A stretch of 64,000 bases of DNA from the NCBI RefSeq assembly GCF_032191835.1, contig NC_083229.1, positions 46,624,001 to 46,688,000 on the forward strand, read 5' to 3'. Position 1 is the first letter of the stretch, and the number at the start of each line of letters is the position of its first letter. The position numbers and the translations under genes are program-made. Positions 30,801 through 45,800 of this stretch are shown piece by piece. The notes below the pieces were generated by a model. It was given only the letters and a program-made list of their open reading frames with translations. It was not told where the DNA came from and made no database searches. Source of the stretch: Heteronotia binoei (lineage: Eukaryota).

Positions 30801-33800
30801 TACTTCTGTTGATACAGCCCAAAATTGCATTTGCCGTTTTAGCCACCACATCATACTGTTGACTCATGTTCACCATATGATCCACTAAGACCCCTAGATC
30901 CTTTCGTACATACTACTGCCCAGACAAGTCTCCCCAATCCTATAACTATGCATGGGATTTTTCCTACCAAAATGCAGAACTTTACATTTATCCATGTTAA
31001 AATTCATTTAATTGGTTTTAGCCCAGTTTTCCAGCCTGTCAGGGTCATCCTGTATCCTGTTTCTGTCTTCTACTGTATTTGCAACCCCTTCCAATTTAGT
31101 ATCATTGGCAAATTTAATAAGCATTCCCTCTATTCCTTCATCCAAATCGTTTATAAAGATGTTGAACAAAACAGGACCCAGGACTCCTTGAGGCACTCCA
31201 CTTGTCACTCCTCTGCAAGAGGATGAGGAACCATTCACAAGCACTCTTTGGGTGCAATCTGTCAACCAGTTATAGATCCACCTAATGGTAACAGGATCCG
31301 AACCACATTTTACCAACTTGTCAAAAGGATAGTGTGTGGAACCTTATCAAAAGCCTTACTGAAATCTCGATAAACAACGTCTACAGCATTCCCCTGATCC
31401 AGCAAGGTAGTCACTTTCTCAAAAAAAAAAAATAGATCTGGTTAGTTTGACATGACTTGTTCTTGAGAAACCCATGCTGGCTCTTAGTAATCACATCCAT
31501 TCTTTCTAAATGTTCCAGGACCGATTGTTTGATTATTTGTTCTAAAACTTTTCCAGGTATAGAAGCCAAGCTGACGGGTCTGTAGTTACCCAGATCCTCT
31601 TTTTTCCCCTTCTTGAAGCTGGGGACAACATTCACCCGCCTCCAATCTTCTGGCACCTCTCCTGTTCTCCAAGAATTCTCAAAAATAATAGCCAGAGGCT
31701 CAGAAATTATATCCACAAGCTCTTTTAGAATCCTTGGATGCAGTTCATCTGGCCCCGAGGACTTAATTCATTTAAAAAACTAGATGTTTATGTACTACCC
31801 CTATGTTGATCCTAGGTTGGAACTTTATACCCTCCTTATATTGTTGTTTTTGCCATGTTGAGCACCATTTCCCTCAGAAGAGAAGACTGAGGAAAAGTAG
31901 GAATTGATCAGTTTTGCCCTCTCTTCATTACCCGTTACCATTTCACTTTCCTGCCTTCGCAGTGGGCCTACAATGTCTTTGCTCTTTTTCTTACTCTGAA
32001 TATAAGAACCCTTTTTTGTTGTTTTTAGCATTTTTGGCCAGCCTAAGCTCATTCTAAGCTTTAGCTTTCCTAACTTTTTCTCTACAAGCACTTGTGATTT
32101 GTTTATATTCATCCTTGGTTATAAGGCCCTCTTTCCAATTCCTAAAGGAGTCTTTTTTCTTTCTCAAGTCTTTAGAGAGCTGTTTATGGAGCCAACTCGG
32201 CTTTTTTTTCTTCTCATAAGAATCGTCTGTGATTGCGCTTTCAGTATTTTGCTTTTAAGAAACTCCTGAACCCCTGAAGAGGACAAATGAGAATTGAGGT
32301 GAGAATCTTGTTGACCTCTGCTTTTCAGTGGCTTAAGATACACAGAAATTCAAAAGGCCTTCTTTCCTTAATAACACAAGATTTCCACCAGCTAAGATGG
32401 TCACACTTAGTTGAGGGTAGTCTAGAAACCATGGGCCTTTTAACTGGTGTTCTAATGTTACAGAACATTGATCACGTTAAATCTATAATTAAACAAAGCA
32501 TCTGTGACATGGAGTGACACAAGACCTAACAAAAACTCCAAACTTTATGGCTCCTGCAAAATTTAGATACTCCATGACAGTGGCCCAATATCTTAAAACT
32601 TTAGATTTTCCTCCCCACAGGAGGGCTTTTACCTTGGTAAGATGTGATGTTATGCCATCATTGGTATTTAGAAGGGAGATACAAAAAGATACATCCTGAA
32701 AGGCTCTGTCCCTGCTCCCTTGGCAAGGTGGAAACATTGGGACACGTTTTTATCATTGTCCTTTTTATAAAGAAATTAGAAATCAGACAATCCTTCCTTT
32801 TTTGGATGGACTGGTAGTGCTGACAGATAGTTGGAATTTCACCTATCACTAAGGTAACAGCAAAGTTTTGTGCTCAAGTGATCAAAGTGTACAGCGGCCA
32901 ATAGATCTGTTTAATATGTTTTCTCCTCTCTCATTTAGAGTTTATTTTTTTAGATTAATATATTATTATTTTTAAAAAATTCTTGAAATATTACGACTGG
33001 TTTATTTTATTCATGAAAAATGATCCTTTGTATTTTTAATGTCACACTTTTAGCTATTATAGTACTATGTTTTTATCGTGTTGTATGCTTGAATATTGTC
33101 ATTGACAATAATAAATAAACTACAACTACAATATAGTCTGTAACATACCAAACATGTGCATATGAGGTTACTAAGTAAGCACCTGAAAGCTTTCTTGGTA
33201 TCTTCAAGTTCTGTATCTTTTTGTTGCAACTGCTGTTTTAGTTCTTCTTTCCTCTCATTTTGCCTTTCTAACTTTTCCATTAGCTCTTCCAAGTGTGCAT
33301 CTCTTTCTTCTAGTTGTATCTGAAATCTCTTCTCCATTTCCTTACTCTCTTCATGATGCTTTCTTATTTGCTCATCTCGTTCCTGTAAGGCCTTAAAAAC
33401 AAAATTCTTCATCAATCTGTACCCTATTGTGTGAATGAAAAAAGACAACAGTGAATAAGTTTTTCTTACTGGGGTATAAGAGTTCAGTGACTTCATAAGC
33501 ATAGTATTACCTTGCCAAAAGATTCCTTATACACTGTTTCTCATATCTTAATAACATATTGGGATTGAACTGTTTCTCATACCTTAATAACGTATTGGGA
33601 TTGAACAATTAAGAAATTTGGCAGTTTCTGATTGTCACAGTGAATCTGTCATAGGAGGAAGAGATTAAAAGTGACTGAAAAATAAAATACTGCCTTAGTT
33701 CAGTGTTAAGACACACTGAACACAACTGAAACACAGACCACAAGGACAGCAGAGAAATCAATACACCCTCCATTAAAAACAATTTCCTTGCGCATAGAAA

Positions 33801-36800
33801 CTATACATCAGGGAGCGCTGTAGCGTGGCCTGCTATGGTTCTAAAAAAGCACTGTTAAATTATAGGAGACTACGCCTGTAACCTGATTTGGTGCAGCCCA
33901 GACCATCTCATCTGCTGTAAACATTAGGTCTAAATTATCTCATTGCTTTCAATGGGGCTTGGTTGCAACTACCTTTTGCTAAGCTGTATCTAGTCACAAC
34001 ATAATCATAGGATTCTGATGTAGTATAGCAAATCAAACTAGATGTAGGCTACATCTTTTCTGTAGCTCATTAAAGGGAAAAAAACCTTCAGAGCAGGGGA
34101 ACGGATACATTAATTTAAAAATGAGAAAACAAAACTAAGCTTCAAATTTGAAGTCATAAATTAACTCTGAAAATCTAATAACAGTTCCTAAATCTCCCCT
34201 CCAATCAAATGGAATCAGGTGATTAGGGGCTAGGATATTTGGAATGCTAATATTATTATATGATGAAATGTAAAAGCAAAAAAGGTCTATACATATAAGT
34301 CAAGGTTTGTCCAGCTTGAGTTAGTTTGTAGAAAGAAGAGATTCATGAGACAAATGGAGAAACACTAGGCTTTTACATTTGTTTAAAAAAGCCAAGCAAA
34401 GGAAATGGTAAACACTTTGAATCTATCAGAGCACTTATGAGATCTACCATATTTAGGGTCAACTAAGTGAAACTTCCACCATCTAGCATTCCTATGGATA
34501 CCAATATTTTTACTCAGAATCTTCAAGTTTTCTGTCAGGTTATTATTACAGAATCTTCAAGATTTTTGTCAGATTATTATCAAGCTCTTTGCCTAACTAA
34601 AACTCTGAGAGGGTCCACATACTGACAGCTACAGGATGTGTAGAAACTCAGTAAGTACAACCTTCCCTATAAACATGCAAGGACAGAGAAGATTTCATCG
34701 ACTGTATTTCAGCCTTTCATGTAGCTGTTTAAGCACCAAGCCATTTCTGGAAATAAAGAAGTGATAATGAATAAGCTATTGACATAAAAAGGTAACATTC
34801 TAAAGTAAGCCCTATACGATCTAGGACCCACCTAACTTACTGGGCTGCCTCTCTGATTATAAGCCTACTAGAGTGCTCTGCTTCTCCCAAGAAGCCATCT
34901 TTTCCAAAGAAGGGCTGAAATCTGGGACAGCCCTGCTCCTACCGATCTAGCCGCCCAGTGAAATCAGAGCCATGACATCTTTGCTACTCTTTAGGAAAGC
35001 ACACAGAACAGAACTTCTAATTTTCTAAAAATGCCTAATTTTCTGAAATTTCTTATTAAAAATGTTTTTATCATCTTTATATCATCTGTAAGAAACCACT
35101 TCAATAGGAAAAGCAGAATAACAATTTATTAAATAAACCTTTACAATTATGCCCTGTACCTATTTTCTCATATCACTATAAGAGTCAATATGGAACACTC
35201 ACTACTTTTAATTTTCTAATGGTTTCTGTTTGATCATCCATTATTTTAGACTTGATCTTCAACGTATCTTGGTTATGTTCATTTTCTTTCTTCTGAGCCT
35301 TAATCTCACTAGTTAGGACTTCTATTTTGGCTTCCAATTTTCCTCTATCTTGAGCAAGAGAAGCTCCTGGGGAGAAGGGAAGACACCAAGACAGATTTGG
35401 TATTTTGAGTACTGTAAATATTTATGCTGCATAAGATTAAACTACATGGTAAGGCAAGCAACCCACCACCTTCTGTTCCATTTCTAAAATATTTTAGGAA
35501 GAACACAACTTATAGCTCTGACCTGGATGGGCCAGACTACCCTGATCTCATCTATCTCAGAAGCTAAGTAGGATCAGTCCTGGTCTGCATTTGGATGGGA
35601 GACCACCAATGAATGCCAGGATCATTAAGCAGAGGCAGGAAATGGCAAACTGCTTCTGAACATCTCTTGCTTTGGAAACTCCAAGTGGTTGTTCCAAGTC
35701 AGATGCAACTTTGGGGTTTTAATTTTTTTTAATATGTGCATGTGTACACATGCAAGTATGTGTGTGTGAAAGTCACAGCAACCTCTGCTGACTGATCCCT
35801 ACTGGGGGCCTGGAGAATATTCAGGGAGGTGGCTGAATAAAGCCTGCCCCAACCTCCTGATTCCTGGTATTCCAAGGAGGTCTCCCATCCAAGTACTTGC
35901 CAGAGTTGACCCTGCTTAGCTTCTGAGATTTGACAAGACTGGGCTTGCCTGGGCTATCCAGGCCCACCCTTGGTCTAACCCCCTCAGCAGAGAGGAGGGA
36001 GGAACACCCTAGGCTGCCACTTGCTGCAACAGACCCCAACACCATGGGCTGAACAAAAAAGTAACAGGTTGGTTTTGGTGCTCCTTCACCTTTGATGCCT
36101 AGATGCACCTAATAGATGGACCAACCCTGACAAAACAGGTTTTTATGCAACAGTTGCTACCTCTTTTGGAGAAACTGAAAAGAAATCTAAGTTGGAATCC
36201 ACTGACATAAAGGGTACAAGGATATGGGGCTTACCACCATTGTCTCACCTATTACAAAATCACTGTGAATTCTTACACATGCAACTAAGAGATTTCAAGT
36301 TAATTATTCACCAAAACTAAAACAAGGCACATTGGTTATTTCATGTATTACTTTCCAGTCTAAGATCGTAACAGCCTTTAGCCATTTCCAAAGAATTCTA
36401 CTACTAATTTACCTTGTTGCGCCAGCTCTTGTCCCCAAATTTTTCTTTCAGCTTTTAATCCATCAATTACAGATTCTTGGGCTGCTATCTGTGAAATAAG
36501 TTTGGATTTTTCTTGTTGAAGAAGCTCAAGTTGAATAGTCTTCTGTTTATCGTCTTCTACCATGTGTTCAAGTGCTCGGATTCGACTCTACAAAGCAAAA
36601 AAAGGGGAAAACTTTAATTAATCTCTCTCTAAAAAGTTACTCCATTACCTTATAATTTACTAAAGGAATATATAATAAAGTTTGAGTCCAGTGGCACCTT
36701 TAAGACCAGCAACATTTATTCAGGGTATGAGCTTTGTTTGTAATAGCAAAGCCTTTGTTAGTAAAGATGTAGCAAAAGAGAAATCTAGAAATATACACAC

Positions 36801-39800
36801 CCTTCAAACCAGCCTGGTGGCTGGAAATGTGATTACAAAGTTAACACTCATTTGTAAAGTGTTATTACTTATCTTCTCAGTAGATATTAATGTAAGACAG
36901 AATGCAATACAGAAAACATGCAAAACATTACTTAAAACCCCCTGCAGATTCATACTTTCCAGTTAAATGTTGTTTCCTGTTTCAATTTGACCAGCTCCGT
37001 GATCTTAGTTTTTTGTTCTTTCACTATGGATGTTAGCTCTTGGATCAGAGTGGCAGACTTCTTTTCTTTTTGTTGAGACTGAATAAGAGCATGCCTGTGT
37101 TCTGCCATCTCAGTAGCGACATTATCAAAGGCTTCTTTAACCTATTATAGAAAAAAATACTGTTTATTAAGATTAACTCCATGTCTCTTAATTTCTGGAA
37201 TAAAATACAGTGTAGCAAGTCTAGGAAAACAGAAACAAAGTAAGTATTGGAGAACATACTGTGTTGAAAATTAAGTATTAATTTTGTACTTTAGGAATAT
37301 CAGGTTGCTTGTTGAACAGCCTCTTGAAGATGTACTGGTGTAGGGAAGGCTCCTTGCACCAGAGGAGATAATTACCAGTAGTAGAACAGACTCACAGGAT
37401 GAACCCATAGATGTGAGGCATTTAATCACAGTTCAATAGTAGTAGGTTTTTAACCAAAAGAGCTGGGAAAATGATCATTTCAATTTTATTCCTACAGAAA
37501 AGAAAGGAATAAAGCCGCTTTTAACAGCACTAGCAATTCCTAAGTATTTATCCCCCTCCCATTGCTTACCTCTGCAAACCTTTTGGCTTCAATTGTTAAC
37601 GCAATCCGAAATTCGTCTTCTAGATCTTTATAATTCTTGCGTAAGAAATTAATTTTACCCTCTAGTTCTTTAATATGATGTTCATGTCGCTGTTGCTCTT
37701 TAGCAGCTTCTTTAGCCACAGCATCTTGGAATTCTGAGCCATTTAAGCTAACTCTAGCTTCTAGTTCCTTTCTAAGATTACAAGACAAACAAGAAATTAA
37801 ACATTAAGAAAAATAAAGACTTTATCCTTATATGCCCTGAAGGGGAAACAAGGTAGTGCTTAAGACCTCAAATGAACTAGGGTACAAGAATGAATGGCAA
37901 ATTCTTCATTTACAACCAACAATTTGTGCTTGAACACTACCTTCTTCTCTAGTGTTGTTCAACAAGGTACTTGCACTATACCTTAAAAGGGAAAAAAAGA
38001 ATGTCTGCAAATGATAGTGGATAAGCTTTCAGAGAACAGGGGTTATGTTGACTTGTTGGGTCATGAGAAATGGCTCCTACAGTATACATAGAAGAGCTGG
38101 TTCTGTGGTCCACCAATACATCTACAAACAGAAATACTAGCTGTCCTCTGTCATGCTTAAAAAGTTCAATCTTTCAGCAACAGAATTTGGTGTATGAAAA
38201 AGATAATTTTGCCTATTTTTATTTAACCATAGTTTCAAACGTACAACTCTTTGTATATTTATGACTCATCTTGAGTCTTAAGATGCCTGGGAGAAAGCTG
38301 GATATATAAATATCTTAAACTAAATAGATAAATCTGTTTCAGTATACCTACCTGTGCTCCTGCTCTCTTAATGCAAGAACTTCGTGGAGTTGTTCCATCT
38401 TCTCTTTTTGCTGCCGAAGAGATACTCGAAGTAACTGAACTTCTCTCTCAGCTGCTGAAGCTTTAAGTTCTGCAGCTTGAATTCGTTTCATCTGTAACAT
38501 GTTTTAAGAAGACAATGGAAACATGGCCATACTGTCTTTAAATCATCACAAGACTCCCACCTATATCGCCTGCAACAGACTTGCAACCCACTAAGTTTTG
38601 GTACAAAAACAACAAATTCTGCTATAATTGCCGCTTTCATTATTTATTAGGTCCAATGCCATGGAAAAACCAAAATGATTATCATGCTGGACAGCTCTAC
38701 AAGCTGCTTTTCTAGTGTTTAGTGAACATCAGGGAATACATATATTTATTTTACTACTCTGATTTAAGAAAAGCCAGTTAAATGCAATACTGAACTGTAA
38801 TTCCTGCATAAAAACAGTATCAATCCCATGCATAATGCCTTTTCTTCTTCATTGCCTCTCCTGCTGGGTAAAACACACCTTTCACTGGTTGGCTTAGAAA
38901 CATTTAACCAATACCACTCATCAGCTTTTCAGTGTTAAGGCTGGTTCATAATTCAGGGGCTGTGGTAAAGCATTCATATATCCTTATAGTCATGTGGGGG
39001 AATTTCAGAGCAAATGGGGATATACTAGGATATAGCTGCAAATGTGCCATCATCATGCCCACATATGTACTACTAGTCTATGTTAACGTTGACCACTCAA
39101 AAGATACAAAGGTAGGGCTATATTTACTGGTGATTCACAAACTAACTGGTCTTGCCCCAAATTAAACTCCATAAAACTAATAAATATGCAAGGGATATTA
39201 GGGCTGTCTGGACAGTTGGAACTAATTTGGTCAAGTGCATCTCTTATCACAATCGTGATAACAATCTGCCAACATGCCTTTTCTACCGTAGACACTCATC
39301 ACCAATAGCCTCAGCTCTTCAACACTTGGAATTAAAGCCTATACCTCTGAAGCTTGCCGTTGCACCCTTTGTGTATCCATTTTGGACAAGGTTTCTTCTA
39401 ATGTCTGCTGTGCCTTTTGTTGATCCTCCTCTTTCTGTTTAGACTGATTTATCTCCTTACGGAGGCTTTCCGTTTCGTCTCTTAGTTGCTGAATGTCAGC
39501 CTGCAGTTTTGTTTTGGCATTTCTCTCTCTCAAAACCAGCTCTTTTAACCTGATAAAGTAGTGCACAAAACTTGTACATCACAATCTTTTCCTTTAGTTT
39601 AATTATTTAGAACAAGAGCCTAAGCAGAGATCATCTTTGGGAAAAGTACAGTTGTGTGTTCCAAAAACAAATACTTGTTAATTCTGGACACTCAGTGGAA
39701 GATAGAAAATCCGATTTTAAAAAGTGATCATGTTTGTCATCTGCCCATCTCTAATAATGATTTTTATTCACAACAGTGTAGTAGGACTAAAACTTGACCA

Positions 39801-42800
39801 AGTTAGAAGTCAACAGGAAAATGCTCAAAGTTCAGGAGACGGGGCTGTAAATAATTTAGTTTGGCAGATCATTAATCTGTAGAAGCAAACACAACCTTCT
39901 ATGTACAGAAGCCCCATACTGCCATGACTCTGGCATTTATTCACCTTCTGCATTGCTGCACTCAAGTTGTAGAGGTGATTGTAGAGAAACTTTTCAGTTC
40001 TGAGCTACTTATAAAGTATCTTATATTATGGTGACTTGGCTCATTCTGTGATTTCACACAAGCAAAGACAACAAAACATTTGAAAGTGGTCACAAAATTC
40101 AGCAAGTCTATTCTATTTTTCTTTAAAGAAGAAAACAAGTTTCTGGCCCTCTTTAATAGTAAAAGTGTACCATTCACCTCATTAATGGTGAACTCCCTTA
40201 AATGTACATAAAATAAGTCTAATGGCTACAGCTGCAATCCTAACGACATCTTCCCGGAAGTTAGTCCCACTAAAAACCTTAGGAATTATTTCCAAATAGA
40301 GCTGCTATGGCTCAGTAGAATACCCTAGGCTCAATCCCCACCATCTCAAGTTAAAAGATCTGGCAGTAGGTGATGTGAAAGACCTCTGCCTGAAACCCTG
40401 CCAGTCTGATTAGACAATATTGACTTTGATAGACCAAGGGTCTGATTCAGTATAAGGCGATTTCATGTGCTTAGCATCACTACCAATTCCCACAGATCTG
40501 AATGGACAAAACTTTATTTAAAAAGGGTAAAATAAAGAATCCTCTTGTTCTGAGTAAACATATTTTTGTGTTTACTTTTTACAAAATATTATTTACATGC
40601 TGGTTCCTAACCTGTCTGTAGTGTATACAGCCATGCTTTGAATATCCTTTTCTTCTTTTGCATGGCTCTGCAACTCTTTGATATTTTCTCTCAGTTTCTT
40701 TTCAGCTTGTTCAGCTTTCCACCTCCTCTCACGCTCCTGATCCAGTTCTTGAATCAGTGCCTGAATAAGAAGGAAAACCATCAGATTACAGCACAAGTGA
40801 AACTACAAATACAGAACAATTTGATTATTCTCTTGCATCTGTAGCAAACCTTCCTTCCCCCCACCCCCAGTGTCCTAAAACTAGAGCTGTAATACATTTA
40901 TCTCCTAGGGAGAATGAAAATACATGTACATCAGTCTTCTTATTAACGGCAAAACATTTATTTTTCACTTGGCAGTATTAGAATAAAAGGCAGTGAGTAG
41001 CCAAGACGGAAATGTATTCTGGGATGTCTAACTATGAAGCCATATAAAGTAAAGAATTGATATTGGAATTTTCAGTAATACAGACAATTAGAGTCTGGTT
41101 TGCATCAGTACATTTTGGGCTGTAAATGGAGGCTTTGCACCTCTCTAAAGAAATAGAGAGAATAGCAGAATAGAGGCTGGACTGCTGATAAAAAGTCTAC
41201 AACAATAAATTTTTCTCTTTGAAATGACAGCTTTCAGTTGGCATTAAATGTTTTGTATCATTTAATCATGGGAACTCCCTATTTGCTATATGTGTATAAT
41301 CCTGGTGAAAATTGAACCCAAATTGTAAAAGTTGTAAAAAGGTGAAGCTTCAAGTGATGCTATGAAGTGCCATAGCACATATATTTGGACGTAAAGAACC
41401 CCAAGAAACAGCTGAAAAACAGCAAGAACTGAGCTTATTAGGAAGTTGTTTGGGGCTGAAACAGGCAACCAAGCCAGTAAGGGTTAGGAAACAACTTGCT
41501 AGAAAACTATTATTGTCAGGACAAATTCGATTCTTTAAAAATCCTCATACATGGGTTTCTGCTTAACAGTATGCATTATTAGATATTTGTGCCTGTTTAT
41601 TTCATTATATCAGTCCCATTAACAGATTTCTTTTGTATGTGAAGCAGAGAGAGCTTAAGAAACATCTTTTCACTAAAAGAACAGAAGAACCCAGATAGTA
41701 ACATGAAATCGGCATAGTAGATGCTAGAATGTGAAAATCAGCTTTGCTGTCAAGAACAGAAGATGAGGTGTGAGGTTATTGGTTTAACAAAATCAGAGAC
41801 TAGTTGTGTTATCTGCACAAAAAAAGAAAGAAAGAAAAGTGCTTCAGAACTAGTTAAATGTAAATAACAACTCAGGACCTTAAACAAGCAGGTCAGATGG
41901 TAGACACAGAAAAATAGTTTTTTATATTCTGTTTTTCTTTACCTGAAAGAGTCTCAAAGCAGCTTACAACCACATTCCCTTCCTTTCCCCACAACAGGCA
42001 TCTTGTGAGGTAGGTGGGGCTGAGAGAGTTCTGAGACTTGCCCAAGGTCACCAGCAGGCTTCATGTGGAGGAGAAGTGGAGAATCGAACCTGGTTTCCCG
42101 ATTAGAGTCCACTACTCTTAACCACTACACCACATCAGCTCTCAACAACACTCTGGGTCTCAAAAAAAGGCACTGAACTATAGCATGATTCCCAAATTCT
42201 CTCTCTGCATCTTAATCTATGAGGCTCTTGGAAATCTTATATTTGTATTGTATTACAAGAAGTATCAGCCCCCTAACACTATAAAGACAGTTTTGTTCTG
42301 AAGTTGTTCTCATTTTCTTTTGTTCAAACTAATGCTAGATTTACTGCAGATCTCTGAAAACTAAGCAGTCATTATCTCAGACCAAAAAACCAGAAGTACC
42401 TTGTAAGTTGACTCTTCTGGAATACTTGAATCTAAACTTTTTAGTTTTTTCACTGGACTCTTCCGCCCAGTCATCAATTTCTTGGGTGATTTCCCCACTA
42501 CTTCCAGACTTGGTACATCAGAAAGTAAACTGGAATCTTCTTCCTCTTTGACTTGAGCATCTAATTTTTTTGATTTTATAGAAGCCCGCTCTTCTCTACT
42601 AAAATGACACAGAAGTTTATGATCACACTGGAATACATATATTCTTTGTACAAAGAGAGTTAACTTTATGGGTGAGAACAAACTGAGAATGGGGTGTGTG
42701 CACAGACCCATGTACAACAAAAAGAGAGATAAGAATCTCCTCTTCAAGCATTGTACCTTCCTGGTATGGGGCACCATAAGCAACTTTTTGCTAACTGAGC

Positions 42801-45800
42801 CACAAAATCTTCACTGTCAGCATTACAGGGCTGTTGTCCTGGATTGCAGACATTTACAGGTAGTCAAGACAGTACTCTATATAAGGCAAGAGGGATCTTT
42901 CATTTATTCCCATCCTCACAATTCTGCATGGTCCCCACTTTCTACAGTGCATGTATGATTGCCAAGTTAACAATGTGGGACAAGATGTATAAGTATCAAA
43001 GTTCTCACAGACGAACATTTACCTTCATTTTATCAAGGTTCACCCAAGTATCCCCATCCCATGTTTGCAGGGGGTGGGGGTTGTAGCTGAAGGTACCTGT
43101 CCAAGACTTTGCTCCTCTGAGAACGGTGTTTGGTAGATAAAGTAGCTTTACGATAATTAGGGATTTTGCTTCTTTTTGCCACCTTTCTGCTGTTTTCTTT
43201 TTCACCATCACTCCCTGAAGTGAGATCTGTATCTCTTTTTGCCTTAAGAACATTCACATCAGTGCTGCTTTTTGCAGAAGAGTCCAACACCTAGAAATAA
43301 GAGAATTGATTCAGAATCCACAGTGCTGCTTGTCCTAATTGAGTGTCAGATCCATCAGCTTTAGACATAAAGGTCTGTAGAGTGAAAGAGGTAAATTATA
43401 CTGGAAGTCATTTAGAACTGAATAATCCGTGCAACTGTATTAATTCCAAAACCTCTTTTGAAGCAGCAAAGTTCAGTATTTGTGGTTCTCAAGCTTATGC
43501 TTATCAACACTTTATGAGCTTCAGTGTTTTTGAACCAGACTTACAAGTATGCAATTCACACTGCACTCTAAAGACTATTAATTTGTATTAAGAGGGATTA
43601 TGTTGTTTCAAGTGGAGTCTAGGCCACACTATCAGAAAAGAAGTCACAGATCAGATCATTAAAAGGTAAATACAGAGGCAACCAAGTGGGGAAAATGGGG
43701 ATTAAAAAACCCTACAGTTTTTCACAGGCAAATTTATACTTTTATGGTACAGTCATGGTAAACCTCCAAATCACAGGCAAACAGCATATGGAGAAAGCCA
43801 ACTTGGCAGTTAACACCTAGGATTAGACTACTATAGCATGTTCTATACCTTTGAAGATGTCTGGGTAAAGTAAAGTAAGGTTGATCAGAACATGTGGGGG
43901 GGCCTTTTTGGTTGTCAACCCTAATTTCCCAAAAAGAGAGATTAGATGATCCCTATAAACCATCCAGTCTGGATTATATATTTGGTACAATATATGGAGT
44001 TTTGTGAGCAAAAATTATACTTTGTGAGCTACTGGCATTGAAACTGTGAGCTACTGCATAAATTAGTTTGCTATGGGGCCATTTTCCCTGAGCTAAGACA
44101 AAATGTGTGAGCCAGAGGCTAAAGAACCTGTGAGTTAGCTCACACTCACTCAGTTTAGAGGGAACACTGACTGGGTACAGCACTGCCAAGGTTCTGAAAT
44201 TGCTGCAGATTCTACCACTGCAGTTTAATGTTGTGTGCTTTATATGCTACTTTTGCATTTTTTCCTTGTTAGCCACTGAGGATCTTGTTAAGTGGAAAGC
44301 AAGCTTTGAAATCTCTTAAATCAAAATAAACAATGTCTTTCGGTTTCAATACATGTGTGCTAACTACATGAATCATGACAAATATAGTACATAGCTATGT
44401 AACAGTAAGCTGAACTGTCCTCTCCTGTTTAATTGTAGACTGGTACAAATTAAACAAGTATACTAGCAGAATTGTCATCCAGAGACTGCAAGATGAATGA
44501 CACAGAATATGTAGAACTAAAGACCTTGTTGCCTTTCCGTCTGGGTCAAATCACAGGAATAAAAACAGCATTCCGAGATCTATTTGTATGTTTTTTCTGG
44601 TTTTGTTTAAGTCAGACTAGAATTTTTTTTTAAAAAAAAAATTGGATTTTTATTTTGCTGTCCCCATGTGGGCTCTCTTGTCCCTAATCAACTTGTCTGC
44701 CAAGGAATTCTAAAAAGTCTGCAAAAATTACCTGCATACTGGAGCACATTCTAGCATGCTGGTTAAATTTAATTTGGCCAAGTGTATCAGACTTGTAAAT
44801 ACATAACATTTTTTAAAGATTACCAAGTTTGATTAAAGAGCACATTGCTCCTTAAACCTATTACCTTTTCCAATAGATGTGATATTTGATCCTCTAATTT
44901 TTTAATCCTCACATCATTGTATAAGTCGTTGGCAAGTTTCATTGTTTCTGGCTCTGAAGAGGATACCAGCTCAGTGGAAGCACTAGTTGTAGGCCAAGAT
45001 GGCATACTTGTACGTTGGCGAAAATGAGCTAACACCTGGTCAATACGGGGTGTTATCACGGGTAAATTAACACAAGCCTATTTAAAAATGACAAAAAACA
45101 TAAATAGTATAGGGAAGCATAAATTGTGCTTTTATGTTTTAGACATAATAAATAATAGTCACACCTCCTCTTCATCTGTGGGTGAATGGGATGAAGCCAA
45201 GCAGTCCAAAAGGTTTTCAAAGCTCATCAGATCTGATGGATTTGCTTCCACAATGTCTACTGGTTCACCAAATATATTCTTGCCATCTAGAGTAGTTAGC
45301 TGGGGTAAAGCCTGGAGGAGGATTTCTCTGTAATCTTAAAAACAGATATTGTGTTTATTCTTAAAGAATCTATAGAAGGATACCATAGATTACTGAAAAT
45401 TATTTTCAACGCAGCATCACTTTAAAAGGCACTACTTCTTATTGAATAGCTAATAATAATCTAGCATATCTTCAGGAAAACACAAGCATGCTAAGCAGCT
45501 ATATTGTAAACACAGTTCTTACCTGCTCTGGCACAAAGTGGATTACTTTTTCCATTCTTCTCTAAAGTAAGGTGGGTCAGGTACTGTAATCCAGTCAAGC
45601 ACTGGAGTAAGTGGTTAACATTATTTATACAATTGCTGTGAAGTTCAAGATGGCTAATTTTGTAATTGGTTCCATGAAGACATAACAGCCCTGGAAAAAT
45701 AATTAGACAAAAATTGTTAAACATTTTAAGGGAGACCATCATCATAATTCAAAAACTGGTCTTTCTTCAACTAAATTTTATGTAGAATGAACTCTTGTGT

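Noticed and set aside
30472-32112. Four minus-strand ORFs as host genes
   Set aside because: They are frameshifted pieces of a single CR1 ORF2.
35520-35965. 5S rRNA genes
   Set aside because: Heavily mutated, lacking intact 5S ends and joined to SINE tails; these are 5S-derived SINEs.
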